A stretch of 64,000 bases of DNA, from positions 186,001-250,000 of the forward strand of contig NIVC01000897.1 in NCBI GenBank assembly GCA_002269645.1. The letters run 5' to 3'. Each line of letters begins with the position of its first letter. Position 1 is the first letter of the stretch. The position numbers were made by a program, and so were the translations under genes. Under the pieces are notes generated by a model. The model saw only the letters and a list, made by a program, of their open reading frames with translations, did not search any database and was not told the origin of the DNA. Of this stretch, positions 46,036 to 58,775 are shown piece by piece. Source of the stretch: Macrostomum lignano (Eukaryota).

Positions 46036-47310
46036 TTATTTTAATCTAAGGTTTTTTATGTCTTTTCTTTGTATTTTCATTGTCAAATTCTGATTCTTTC
46101 TTTTCTTTTGCATTTGTTTATCATGAACTCTATAAAAAGTTTCTATTTGATTAAAAAAACATATTCTAAATTGCCAACGATCTATATTCATCTTTAAATA
46201 TATCCAACTTCAAAATTTTACCTAGCTAATGTAACTTAGTTTTCCCAAGAAATGCAACTTAGTTGCTTCTGGTTGTCACTTACTTGCCTTTGCCCTCTAG
46301 CTACAACATAGTCTGTTTATGCATCTTTCCCTTTGTTTTTTTCATTCTTTGCCTTTCCTTTTCTATCTCTTGCCTTTTTTCTTTCTTTCCCTCTTTATTT
46401 TGTCCAACTTTTTAGGTTTGTATTTTTGCAACTTACTTGGCTAGACCTCCTGCCACCTAGCCAAATCAGCCAGGTTGGCTAGGTATCAGGCATGTTTATT
46501 CATCTTAATAAAAGTAGCAATAAGAAATATTATAAGAAAAAAAAATAAAGATAACTATTTTGTAAAAATGCTACTTTACTGTTGGCTACTTGTTTCCATT
46601 AGACAAAATAGCAAATAAATTACCTGCCCTAGTTTAGACCTCTGGCAGACAAAATAATAGTAAAAAATGACTTGCACCTATATACAATAGGAAAAGTTAG
46701 CTGCTAGCCATTTTATCAACTCTGTAATATGACAAACATTTTGTAAATATGGGGAGCTAGATTTGAAGTTGATGAAATAGCTAGCTTTATCTTGGCTATT
46801 TTGTCAATTGTGAACCTTCTATTTATACTCAGCAACACTGAAAAGTCGCCATCACAAAAGATTCAATATGTGGTCGCCACTTTTTATGCTACACTGCACT
46901 ATTGCAAAATTTGTTATATTGTAGTTTCATACTGCCCAGTGAATCAGTATTTTTCTGTATTCAGTATCATAGGCTTGATAGTAAATTATACTTAATATAA
47001 GCCTATAAGTCTTTATAGAGCTTCATAGAATTGTTGTAGAGACTGGCATATGCATTTCTTATTTAGATGTTTTAAACTTTCCCCTTTACAGCATCTTAAA
47101 ATTGTTTGTTGAAAGTAAAAGTGAAATTCATAAGGGGGTTTGCTTAAATGCTGTAGCATATAGGGTACTAGTTCTATAGATTCACAATTCGCATTTCTGC
47201 CGGTCAGCAACGCCGCAACTAAAATAATAGGCAGCGGCAATTTTGCCAGTGCCCAACAAAAAAATGCAGCATTTTCTTCTGTACTATCGTCTGCTACTGC
47301 CAGTAGCAAT

Positions 47311-48785
47311 ATGAACATTTTTAGTCCAACTATTGTCTCGATGAAGCGAGAAGTTACTGAGCCAGCAGCCGAATGTGCTGGCGCCAGTGCTAGCGCCAGC
47401 AGCGGTAGCCACTCCAGTCGCGGCGCCACGCCGTTAATGGATACACTGCGCGCGATCTTGAATCTGACGTGTCAGTTGAAGCGCGGGAGCGAGTCTGCTC
47501 CATTCTAGACTCTGTACGCTCTCTATCAGACCTAGAGAAGCTGCTTTTATATCTGCAACTTCCTGGCGGAGGCGGAGCCCCTGGCGATCAGTGCCTGTCT
47601 GGCCAGTCGCAGCATCAGCAACCGCTGCAGCTTAGCAACCAGGCTGAGCAGGCGCACGCGCACACGTGGATTCTCAGCCACTTAGAAGAGGATCCGACAG
47701 TCTGTCTGCGCAAAGACGAAGTCTATTCAGACTATAAGCAGTATTGCGAGGCCCATGGTTGTAAGCCTTTAAACACGGCCGATTTTGGCAAAGCTATGAA
47801 GCGCGCCTTTCCCGGCGTTAAACCTCGCCGGCTTGGCCAGCGGGGACAGTCCAAGTACTGCTACGGCGGCCTCCGCAAGCAGGCCTGTCCACCGCAGCCA
47901 CGACTGACTGAACTGCTTGCGCCGTCAGGCTCCTTGGCCACGGCTGCTGCTGCGGCTGCTGCACAGCAGGCTTCTTCAGATGAAGATTGTAGCCTCAGCA
48001 GCGGCGGCGGCGGCTTACACGACTCCGTTGTGGTCCAATGGGCTCAAAAACTACTTGGCACCGAATTTTCATCGATGCGCTCGCTTGCTGAACACTTGGT
48101 TACTAATCAGTACGTGAGTCCGTGCTCAGCGCCAGCCCTATCCGTGCTGGCTTGTAGACTAATGGCTACACGATCTCAACAGCATCAGGCAGCGCAGAAC
48201 TCCTCGCTGTCGTCGAGTCCGCCGGCTGCGCACAGCGGTCGCCGACGTGGTCGCGAAGCTTCCACAGCGTCCAGCACCGAGGCCGCGGCCGCGTCAGGCC
48301 ACCAGGCAGCGCCGCAGCCGTCGCCGCCTCCGCTTCCTGGCCTTCTGCTGCCCAGCCCTTATCGAAGCCTTCGCCGGCCGTTGCCGCCGCCTTCGTCTAA
48401 TTATTCAGCGGCCGAGTCTGACGAGGATGACTTGGCAGCTGATCAAGAGATCGAAGGCTACACTGAAGAGGCCATGGAGGAGGACCCGGTCGGGCACACT
48501 GTTGGCCGCGGCCTTGCCATGGTTTCGCCGGAGCCGACTATGGGAGACGACGACAACAGCAACACCGACGATGATGTCGACGGCGGCGTCAAGTTCCGGG
48601 CTCGGCCGCCGGCTGGTAGCCCGCCACTGCTGGACTGGTGCCTGCCGGCCTCGCCAGTCCGGCCGCTCCGAGTCCAGCTGCCAACAGACGCGGCTGCCGC
48701 GGTGATCATCCCTGGCGGCGGCGTCGGCGTCGGAGCTACCGTCGACGAGTTCGAGCAGATGGACATTGTCGCCGTTGGTCGATGA
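47311..48785 (+). CDS. RFX5/7: RFX5/RFX7-clade winged-helix transcription factor; main ORF 47469-48785, N-terminus in another frame (apparent 1-nt deletion at ~47460)
   Basis: LSDLEKLLLYLQLP matches the RFX5/7 N-terminal helix. DBD AHTWILSHLEED...RKDEVYSDY..YC....KPLNTADFGKAMKRAFPGVKPRRLGQRGQSKYCYGGL. QWAQKLL...SLAEHLV follows. Start position uncertain (ATG 47311 or 47341). Confidence 0.88.
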
Positions 48786-49477
48786 ATCCTGCCAGCCAGC
48801 CAGTATTGCTATTAAAAACAGACAAATGGGACCACTGTTTTCTGGACTCTTCAATTTTGCGTACTGCGTTTGTGTACTATAAGAGTGTTCAATTATAATA
48901 TTTTTGCAGGATATATTCTCATTCAATTTGCTTTATTATTTATTAGGTTTGGCTCTTTGTCAAAATTATAAATGTACCAGAAGCATTTCCCTCCCTTCTC
49001 ATTGACAATTATTTCATGGCACGTATGAGTGTAAAAGTTAAATCCCAAGTAGTTCTTTAAAATGGAAAACGCTGCATATATTCTTGTAGGAATTGGATGG
49101 TAATTGGACCTAGCTGGTCAGTAGATTGGTGTCAATAACGAGCCTCTTGGTATTAATGCAGCTTGTTACTCCCTACTGGTATAATGTTGCTGTTTATAAA
49201 CAATTTATTTATGTGATTGGAGTATGAGCCCCTGAAATCTATATAACTAAATCTAAAACCACATATACTAGTAGTAGTCTAACTATACGTATTCCAATCG
49301 CAATTAAATTTGTGAAAAAAGTAGAGCGTCTACTTCTTTTCTGTAGTTTATTTGCGCAGTTTCACTTAAATTTAATGTGGCAGTTAAAATTTCCTTTCTT
49401 TCTTCGGGTTTGCGGCCTCAGGAGCATATGGGGTTAGGAATGAGCAGCAGTAATTAACTCGATGTACACAAGTGTCT

Positions 49478-49700
49478 AGGAGGCAGACCCAATCTAGCTC
49501 AGCCAATGAAAAAGCAGTAAAGGAGAGGTCTGAGTCATCTGGACGAAACTTAGTCTAGGGGACAGGCCCAATCTGGCTCAGCCAATGAGAGAGCAGTAAG
49601 GGGAGAGGTCTGGGTCAGGCGGACGAAACTTAGCCTAGGGGACAGGACCAATTTAGCTCAGCCAATGAGACAACAGTAAGAAGAGAGATCATAGTCAGGC
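49478..49700. repeat. ~80-bp tandem repeat (about 2.7 copies), two CCAAT boxes per unit
   Basis: CCAAT(C/T)T(A/G)GCTCAGCCAATGA at 49489, 49568, 49648. Confidence 0.8.
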
Positions 49701-50889
49701 GCAATCAGCGGGCAAGAGGAAAGCCCAACTGTTAATCGAGCGGGCTGGGGCGCCACGCCGCCACCCCTTTTCTTTCTTGCTTGCTATTTACACGCACTGG
49801 ATTTGGGTTTTTCAAGTTTTTCTGAAATCTGAAATTTTTCATCCTAAATAATTTCGAGTCTGAGACAGTCTGCAGTCGTAAAACAGGATGAAGATGCAAA
49901 TAGAATTGATCTAAAAATCTAGGTTCAATAACATTAAATTTTAATAGATAAAACGCTATTCTTGCTACTGCTACTGAAAAAAGAGTAGATATGCATAAAT
50001 GACATATCTATGCAGTAATTCTAGTATTTTAACTTTAAATTATTTATTACCCCACAAAGTCTTAATTGATTGCTACCTGTTACCGCTTTTATTTCGTTGT
50101 TGTTGTATTTATCATTCAAATCGAGAATTACATACAAATTGTTTAAATTGCGTTGCTAAGCTTTATATTACATCAGTAAGTAGTGCAGCTCTCTAATGGC
50201 TTCCATGCTCAAAATTTGTGTGCATCAAGTATTATCTAGGCTGGAAAGTTAATAGCTAATAACTTATTCGAATGAATTATGCTTTTGGCTTTGATGCCGT
50301 CTAATTTTGTGTATGCATTTTCTCTGTCTAATACTAAGCTTCTAATCTTAGCATTAGTCGGATATTTTTGTACCTGAGAAACTGTGCTATTTTTACAACA
50401 GCAGCATTGCAGCAGCTTGATGGCTCGCGCCCTAAACTATTATTAAGCCTCTCTGTGTAGGCCGAATTGAAAATGGACAAGTGCAAATAAACAAATTTAA
50501 ATTATTTGTATTTATTATTATTGTTTCAATTTTTATGTCTCTTACATAAATTTTGTTTTCTGAAAATTTTTTTAGGTATAGATTAGTTATTAATTAAACA
50601 TTTATATTGCATATCAGCAATAGGCCTACCCCAAGCTTGAGTGGTATGCGGCTGGCTTTATGCCAATTTTTTTACGAAAACAATGGCCGTTTATCAATTG
50701 CGCGGGGCACATTAACTATATTCCGGACAAGCGATTCAGACTTTGCGGCGTTGCCAGTCAAATCAGTGACCAGCGCCTTTTTTCAAATGCTTGGCCAGAC
50801 ATGCTATTTAGCCATCACGGTTTTTTAAATTAGACTGAGCAGCTAAGTAAGTGTTTTCTGATTAACCCCCAACTCGATTCATTTGAGGA

Positions 50890-52280
50890 ATTGACCCATT
50901 GACTCATGGGTAACTTGACCCATTGACTCATGGATTCCCCTGGATTCTTGACCCATTGACTCATGGATTCCCTTGGATCCCTTGACCCATTGACTCATGG
51001 ATTCCCCTGGATCCCTTGACCTATTGACTGATGGATTCCCCTGGATCCCTTGACCTATTGACTGATGGATTCCCCTGGATCCCTTGACTCATTGACTGAT
51101 GGATTCCCCTGGATCCCTTGACTCATTGACTCATGAATTATCTGGATCCCTTGACCCATTGACTCATGGATTCCCTGGATCCCTTGACCCATTGACTCAT
51201 GGATTCCCCTATATCCCTTGACCCATTGACTGATGGATTCCCCTGGATCCCTTGACCCATTGACTGATGGATTCCCCTGGATCCCTTGACCTATTGACTC
51301 ATGAATTCTCTGGATCCCTTGACCCATTGACTCATGGATTCCCTGTATCCCTTGACCGGTTGACCCATTGACTGATGGATTCCCCTGGATCCCTTGACCC
51401 ATTGACTGATGGATTCCCCTGGATCACTGGATCCATTGACTGACGGATTACCTAGATCTCTTGACCCATTGACTGATGGATTCCCGTGGATCACTGGATC
51501 CATTGACTGATGGATTACCTAGATCCCTTGACCCATTGACTCATGGATTCCCCTGGATCCCTTGACCCATTGACTCATGGATTCCCTGGATCCCTTGACC
51601 CATTGACTGATGGATTCCCCTGGATCCCTTGACCTATTGAGTGATGGATTCCCCTGGATCCCTTGACTCATTGACTGATGGATTCCCCTGGATCCCTTGA
51701 CTCATTGACTCATGAATTATCTGGATCCCTTGACCCATTGACTCATGGATTCCCTGGATCCCTTGACCCATTGACTGATGGATTCCCCTATATCCCTTGA
51801 CCCATTCACTGATGGATTCCCCTGGATCCCTTGACCCATTGACTGATGGATTCCCCTGGATCCCTTGACCTATTGACTCATGAATTCTCTGGATCCCTTG
51901 ACCCATTGACTCATGGATTCCCTGTATCCCTTGACCGGTTGACCCATTGACTGATGGATTCCCCTGGATCCCTTGACCCATTGACTGATGGATTCCCCTG
52001 GATCACTGGATCCATTGACTGATGGATTACCTAGATCTCTTGACCCATTGACTGATGGATTCCCCTGGATCACTGGATCCATTGACTGATGGATTACCTA
52101 GATCCCTTGACCCATTGACTCATGGATTCCCCTGGATCCCTTGACCCACTGACTCATGGATTCCCCTGCATCCCTCGACCCATTGACTCATGGGTTCCCT
52201 TGGATTCCTCGACCCATTGACTCATGGATTTCCCTGGATCCTTGACCCATTGACTGATAGATTCCCTGGACCCCTTAACC
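50890..52280. repeat. ~34-bp minisatellite (GATCCCTTGACCCATTGACTCATGGATTCCCCTG) with a 579-bp higher-order duplication
   Basis: Near-identical spurious ORFs at 51055/51634 and 51291/51870. Confidence 0.96.
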
Positions 52281-52664
52281 GATAAGATAAAGGACGAGTG
52301 CCCTAATAAAAGACACGCATAGTTAATACGCCATTAGGCCCAGCATATTGCCTCCCGGTCTTGAGTGATGCACGGTGCGATTATAGTGAAATTTCGCTAT
52401 ATGGTTAATACGGCTAGCCACGCATTAATATTGTACCTGGTAACAGGACAGTTCTATGCGCTCAGAAATGCTCCGTTGTCTTTTCTCGCAACATTGCCCG
52501 CTTTACAGGCTGGCAAATCTATGGCGCTAACATTTCTAGCTATGACGATATTGTTATTTTTTGTAGCATTGAACGCTAGTAGTATCAGTGAATGAATTTC
52601 AATATGTTTAGTATTATTTTTTTCAGCGGCTTAATGCTGGCCAGGTGTTGCTGAGCTCATACCG

Positions 52665-55600
52665 ATGAACTTCAATGCCAGTAGGCGCGGCGCGGCCATC
52701 GGCGGCGGCGATTCTGTGCCGGCATTTGACGACACTCGCGATCGGCCGCTGTTTTCTCGGCACAGCTCGCAACCCGTCATGTCCTGGCAGTCTGGCTGTG
52801 AGTCGCGTTTTTGTCTCTTGTTGGTTTTAGTGGTCCTTGGCCAATTTAATTATAGTAGTTTTTGTGATATTCTGTCATTGTAATTGTGACCAATGTGACC
52901 AATTCGATGCAGTGGTCCTTGACCTTGTCCTATTAACTTAGTGGTCCTCGGCCCTGTCAAGTCAGTGGTCCACGGCCATTGAGATTTATTGGTCTTTGGT
53001 CTTGTCAAACCAGTGGTCCTCGCCAAATGTGATTTAGTAGTCCTTGTTCCTATCAATTAGTAGTCCTATGCTTCTGTCAAATCAGTGGTATTGGCCATTA
53101 TTTAGACATTTTTTAAGTCTTAGATCACTTAGAGCTTTTATTTTAGCCAGTCCATATGACTATTGCATTGCAGCTATGTACCAGCCGTCGTCTCAGGTCA
53201 TACCTTCGGTGCAACAGAGCCTAGGCTTTAGTCAACGCCTAGAGCAAACCGGTGGTTACCAAGGACGCTCGTCAGTAGTCCGGAATTCGAATCCCGCGGG
53301 ATTTAATCAATGGGTAAATCGAGACGGCTATCAGGGCCGCGTAGCAGTCGCTTGGGCTGGCGACAGCTTCAGTCAGAGACCTCCGCCCGATGGTAACCAA
53401 GGACGCCAAGCCGGCCAATATATGGGGGGATTTAGTCAAGGCTCCTCCAGCCAAATGCCATTCGCAGCTCCTACTGGTGAGGCCTTCAGCCAGAGGGTAA
53501 CTAAGACCGGCGGTCGTCAAGGGCAACTAAACTCTAGAGGTGGAAGTCAGGCTTCTAGCCAGAGACCAACTCAGCGGGCCAGTTGTCAAGGACAACAGCG
53601 GGCCAGCGCTGGCCAGGCATTCAGCCAGCAGTCCTCGGAGCAGATCGGCAGCGGCAGTCAAGGACAACAGCGGGCCAGCGCTAGCCAGGCATTCAGCCAG
53701 CGGTCCTCGGAGCCTCAGGCATGGAGCCTGAAGCGATCGATGAGCCAGCAGGACCAATCAGCCAGCAAGCGAGGCCGCACCGGGCACAGTCAGGCTACAA
53801 CACTATCAAGCAATTCAATTGGGCGCACAGGCACTCCAGCCAGTGGAGCAATGAGCACCGGGCACAGTCAGCAACAGTTCAGGCCAGGGCTGGCTACTCA
53901 AACTGATTGGACGCGTTACTGCAGTCAGCCGTCGGTGCCAGCTGCCAGCCTGCTGCAGCTTGGCGAGGCAACAGTGCAGGATCTGTGGGACTTTATGAAC
54001 GGCCGGTTTCAGGCTATGGAAGCGCAGCAGGCGCATAGCCTGGCTGCTATCACCGCCAAACTCGACCAGTGTGAGTTTTCGCACCCTATTTATACTACTT
54101 AGTCATAATTATTAAGTAGTTAACAAGCGTTATTTTATAAAAATCGTATTGAAAATTAATTGCGCATAAATTTTTTTGCATATATTGCAATCTGAATAAA
54201 TATAAGTTCTCTCGCTCTCTCTAGATCTGTCAAACAGATTAGGATATTTGAATTTTTTTATCAATTTCAGTGCTCAACCACATGGCGGCCATGAGTTTTA
54301 GCGCGGCGGCCAATTCTACTCAGCAAAGTACTGTGTTTGAACTCTGCAACGGTGAGCGCTAGGACCGTGGCTAGGGGGTGGGGGTGGCTGCGAGCTTTTT
54401 TTATTGCCGATTCTGGCCTGCGCGTGAAATATTGGCTTCGATTTTTTGTTGCTATACATTTACCTCGGCAAGAAGTTGCTATAGTGTGGTTGCTCTTTGA
54501 GGCCGGCCTAACCGCGTCGCCATATATCATCATCATAGTTTACTTCTCTGGCTTATGATCCTGCAATCTGCATTTTAATCTACTTCTGTATTTCTCACAT
54601 CTATAACTAAAATAGTACTTTATTTAGTGAGTGAATAATGTAAATTAGCTGTATCATAATGAATATTAATTGTCTTCGACATTGACTACCAGATATCTTC
54701 TTTTATTAGCGTTGCTAAACTTATCCAATTATAAAATTATCTACCGCCAGGTCACATCCCGCCCTATCCATCCTCCACCCCCTGTCACATCCCGCTCTAT
54801 CCATCCTCCACCCCCTGTCACATCCCGCCCCTATCCATCCTCCACCCCCTGTCACATCCCGCCCCTATCCATCCTCCACCCCCTGTCACATCCCGCTCTA
54901 TCCATCCTCCACCCCCTGTCACATCCCGCCCCTATCCATCCTCCACCCCCTGTCACTTCCCGCCCCTATCCATCCTCCACCCCCTGTCACATCCCGCTCT
55001 ATCCATCCTCCACCCCCTGTCACATCCCGCTCTATCCATCCTCCACCCCCTGTCACATCCCGCCCCTATCCATCCTCCACCCCCTGTCACATCCCACCCT
55101 ATCCATCCTCCACCCCCTGTCACATCCCGCCCCTATCCATCCTCCACCCCCTGTCACATCCCGCTCTATCCATCCTCCACCCCCTGTCACATCCCGCTCT
55201 ATCCATACTCCACCCCCTGTCACATCCCGCCCCTATCCATCCTCCACCCCCTGTCACATCCCGCCCCTATCCATCCTCCACCCCCTGTCACATCCCGCTC
55301 TATCCATCCTCCACCCCCTGTCACATCCCGCCCCTATCCATCCTCCACCCCCTGTCACATCCCGCCCCTATCCATCCTCCACCCCCTGTCACATCCCGCC
55401 CCTATCCATCCTCCACCCCCTGTCACATCCCGCCCCTATCCATCCTCCACCCCCTGTCACATCCCGCCCCTATCCATCCTTCACCCCCTGTCACATCCCG
55501 CCCCTATCCATCCTTCACCCCCTGTCACATCCCGCCCCTATCCATCCTCCACCCCCTGTCACATCCCGCCCCTATCCATCCTCCACCCCCTGTCACATCC

Positions 55601-56241
55601 CGCCCCTATCCATCCTTCACCCCCTGTCACATCCCGCCCCTATCCATCCTTCACCCCCTGTCACATCCCGCCCCTATCCATCCTCCGCCCCCTGTCACAT
55701 CCCGCCTTTATCCACCTTCCGCCCCCTGTCACACCCCGCCTTTATCCACCTTCCGCCCCCTGTCACACCCCGCCTTTATCCACCTTCCGCCCCCTGTCAC
55801 ACCCCGCCTTTATCCACCTTCCGCCCCCTGTCACACCCCGCCTTTATCCACCTTCCGCCCCCTGTCACACCCCGCCTTTATCCACCTTCCGCCCCCTGTC
55901 ACACCCCGCCTTTATCCACCTTCCGCCCCCTGTCACACCCCGCCTCTATCCATCATCCGTCCTCTTGCGTTCCGCCTGCCTGCCTGGGTCACCCTCTATA
56001 CGGGACCCAAGCTGTGTTTTACAAAATGATCGGCAATTTATTAAGCACAAAGCTGCCAATTTTGTTTTGCACAGAGCCAATGCATTGCCTTTGTCCCGCA
56101 GACACCAATGCTAGCAGTCAGCCAGCGCCTGTCTGCGCACAACCGCAACCTCCGCTGGCGGATTTAACGCCAACCCCGAAGCGTAAATCGAATTTGCGGC
56201 TGCGTCGTAAAACTCCAACTATACGAGATGCTCTATCCGAG
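52665..56241 (+). CDS. Unrecognised protein with Q/S/G-rich FSQ-repeat domain and short coiled coil; exons 52665-52797, 53174-54070, 54271-54351, 56102 (or 56075)-56241; 3' end not resolved
   Basis: All three junctions are canonical GT-AG with consistent phase 1 (GGCT|GTGAGT..TTGCAG|CT ATG; CAGT|GTGAGT..TTTCAG|TG; AACG|GTGAGC..CGCAG|AC). Exon 2 is a ~300-codon open frame that is not a DNA tandem repeat. Confidence 0.7.
54750..55955. repeat. 33-34-bp C-rich minisatellite (CCTGTCACATCCCGCCCCTATCCATCCTCCACC) in intron 3 of the orphan gene; variant switch at ~55700
   Basis: Direct inspection. Confidence 0.97.
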
Positions 56242-56489
56242 GTAGGAGGGCTGCTCATTTAATATGCAGTTTAATTTACTTTTCTTAATAGTAATCTGTC
56301 TAGCCTGTGCCCATGGCACTTGTACTTTTATAATTAACAGATTAGAGCTGGCCGCTTCTTTGTGCATGCTATCCAACATTGGAAATCAAATTAAAGGCGC
56401 CGGCTTTCCTTTTGATTCATCTCAGATCTCTAGCTAAATTTATTCGGTTTTCACTTTCGATAGACCGTTGGGATCTGAATTACTCTGGG

Positions 56490-58775
56490 TACTTCATCAT
56501 GCTGTTGCTCAATGAATTGATTCCAGAGTCTGAGTCCTTCATCATGCTGTTGCTCAATTAATTGATTCCACAGAGTCTGAGTCCTTCATCATGCTGTTGC
56601 TCAATTAATTGATTCCAGAGTCTGAGTCCTTCATCATGCTGTTGCTCAATGAATTGATTCCAGAGTCTGAGTCCTTCATCATGCTGTTGCTCAATGAATT
56701 GATTCCACAGAGTCTGAGTCCTTCATCATGCTGTACTCAATGAATTGATTCCACAGAGTCTGAGTCCTTCATCATGCTGTTGCTCAATGAATTGATTCCA
56801 GAGTCTGAGTCCTTCATCATGCTGTTGCTCAATTAATTGATTCCACAGAGTCTGAGTCCTTCATCATGCTGTTGCTCAATTAATTGATTCCAGAGTCTGA
56901 GTCCTTCATCATGCTGTTGCTCAATGAATTGATTCCAGAGTCTGAGTCCTTCATCATGCTGTTGCTCAATGAATTGATTCCAGAGTCTGAGTCCTTCATC
57001 ATGCTGTTGCTCAATGAATTGATTCCACAGAGTCTGAGTCCTTCATCATGCTGTACTCAATGAATTGATTCCACAGAGTCTGAGTCCTTCATCATGCTGT
57101 TGCTCAATTAATTGATTCCACAGAGTCTGAGTCCTTCATCATGCTGTTGCTCAATTAATTGATTCCAGAGTCTGAGTCCTTCATCATGCTGTGCTCAATG
57201 AATTGATTCCACAGAGTCTGAGTCCTTCATCATGCTGTACTCAATGAATTGATTCCACAGAGTCTGAGTCCTTCATCATGATGTGCTCAATGAATTGATT
57301 CCACAGAGTCTGAGTCCTTCATCATGCTGTACTCAATTAATTGATTCCACAGAGTCTGAGTCCTTCATCATGCTGTTGCTCAATTAATTGATTCCAGAGT
57401 CTGAGTCCTTCATCATGCTGTTGCTCAATTAATTGATTCCAGAGTCTGAGTCCTTCATCATGCTGTTGCTCAATTAATTGATTCCACAGAGTCTGAGTCC
57501 TTCATCATGCTGTTGCTCAATTAATTGATTCCACAGAGTCTGAGTCCTTCATCATGCTGTTGCTCAATTAATTGATTCCACAGAGTCTGAGTCCTTCATC
57601 ATGCTGTGCTCAATGAATTGATTCCACAGAGTCTGAGTCCTTCATCATGCTGTTGCTCAATTAATTGATTCCAGAGTCTGAGTCCTTCATCATGCTGTTG
57701 CTCAATGAATTGATTCCAGAGTCTGAGTCCTTCATCATGCTGTTGCTCAATGAATTGATTCCAGAGTCTGAGTCCTTCATCATGCTGTTGCTCAATGAAT
57801 TGATTCCACAGAGTCTGAGTCCTTCATCATGCTGTACTCAATGAATTGATTCCACAGAGTCTGAGTCCTTCATCATGCTGTTGCTCAATTAATTGATTCC
57901 ACAGAGTCTGAGTCCTTCATCATGCTGTTGCTCAATTAATTGATTCCACAGAGTCTGAGTCCTTCATCATGCTGTACTCAATGAATTGATTCCACAGAGT
58001 CTGAGTCCTTCATCATGCTGTACTCAATGAATTGATTCCACAGAGTCTGAGTCCTTCATCATTCTGTACTCAATGAATTGATTCCGCGGAGTCTGAGTCC
58101 TTCATCATGCTGTACTCAATGAATTGATTCCACAGAGTCTGAGTCCTTCATCATGATGTGCTCAATTAATTGATTCCACAGAGTCTGAGTCCTTCATCAT
58201 GCTGTTGCTAAATGAATTGATTCCACAGAGTCTGAGTCCTTCATCATGCTGTTGCTCAATGAATTGATTCCACAGAGTCTGAGTCCTTCATCATGCTGTT
58301 GCTCAATTAATTGATTCCACAGAGTCTGAGTCCTTCATCATGCTGTTGCTCAATGAATTGATTCCACAGAGTCTGAGTCCTTCATCATGATGTACTCAAT
58401 GAATTGATTCCACAGAGTCTGAGTCCTTCATCATGATGTACTCAATGAATTGATTCCACAGAGTCTGAGTCCTTCATCATGATGTACTCAATGAATTGAT
58501 TCCGCAGAGTCTGAGTCCTTCATCATGCTGTACTCAATGAATTGATTCCACAGAGTCTGAGTCCTTCATCATGCTGTACTCAATGAATTGATTCCACAGA
58601 GTCTGAGTCCTTCATCATGATGTACTCAATGAATTGATTCCACAGAGTCTGAGTCCTTCATCATTCTGTACTCAATGAATTGATTCCACAGAGTCTGAGT
58701 CCTTCATCATGCTGTACTCAATGAATTGATTCCGCGGAGTCTGAGTCCTTCATCATGCTGTACTCAATGAATTGA
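56490..58775. repeat. 44-47-bp minisatellite (CTTCATCATGCTGTTGCTCAATGAATTGATTCCACAGAGTCTGAGTC)
   Basis: Direct inspection; variants carry the palindrome TCAATTAATTGA. Confidence 0.97.

Noticed and set aside
47013-47429. 138-aa minus-strand ORF with a signal-peptide-like start
   Set aside because: Antisense shadow of the GC-rich RFX 5' region, continuing into AT-rich non-coding DNA; no family motif.
49525-49550. Hammerhead-like CTGAGTC..GACGAAAC
   Set aside because: Lacks the CUGANGA core, and the second copy breaks it further.
54670-56262. 530-aa Pro/His-rich ORF
   Set aside because: Mostly a 33-34-bp minisatellite inside an intron; only the last ~140-170 nt look like a real exon.
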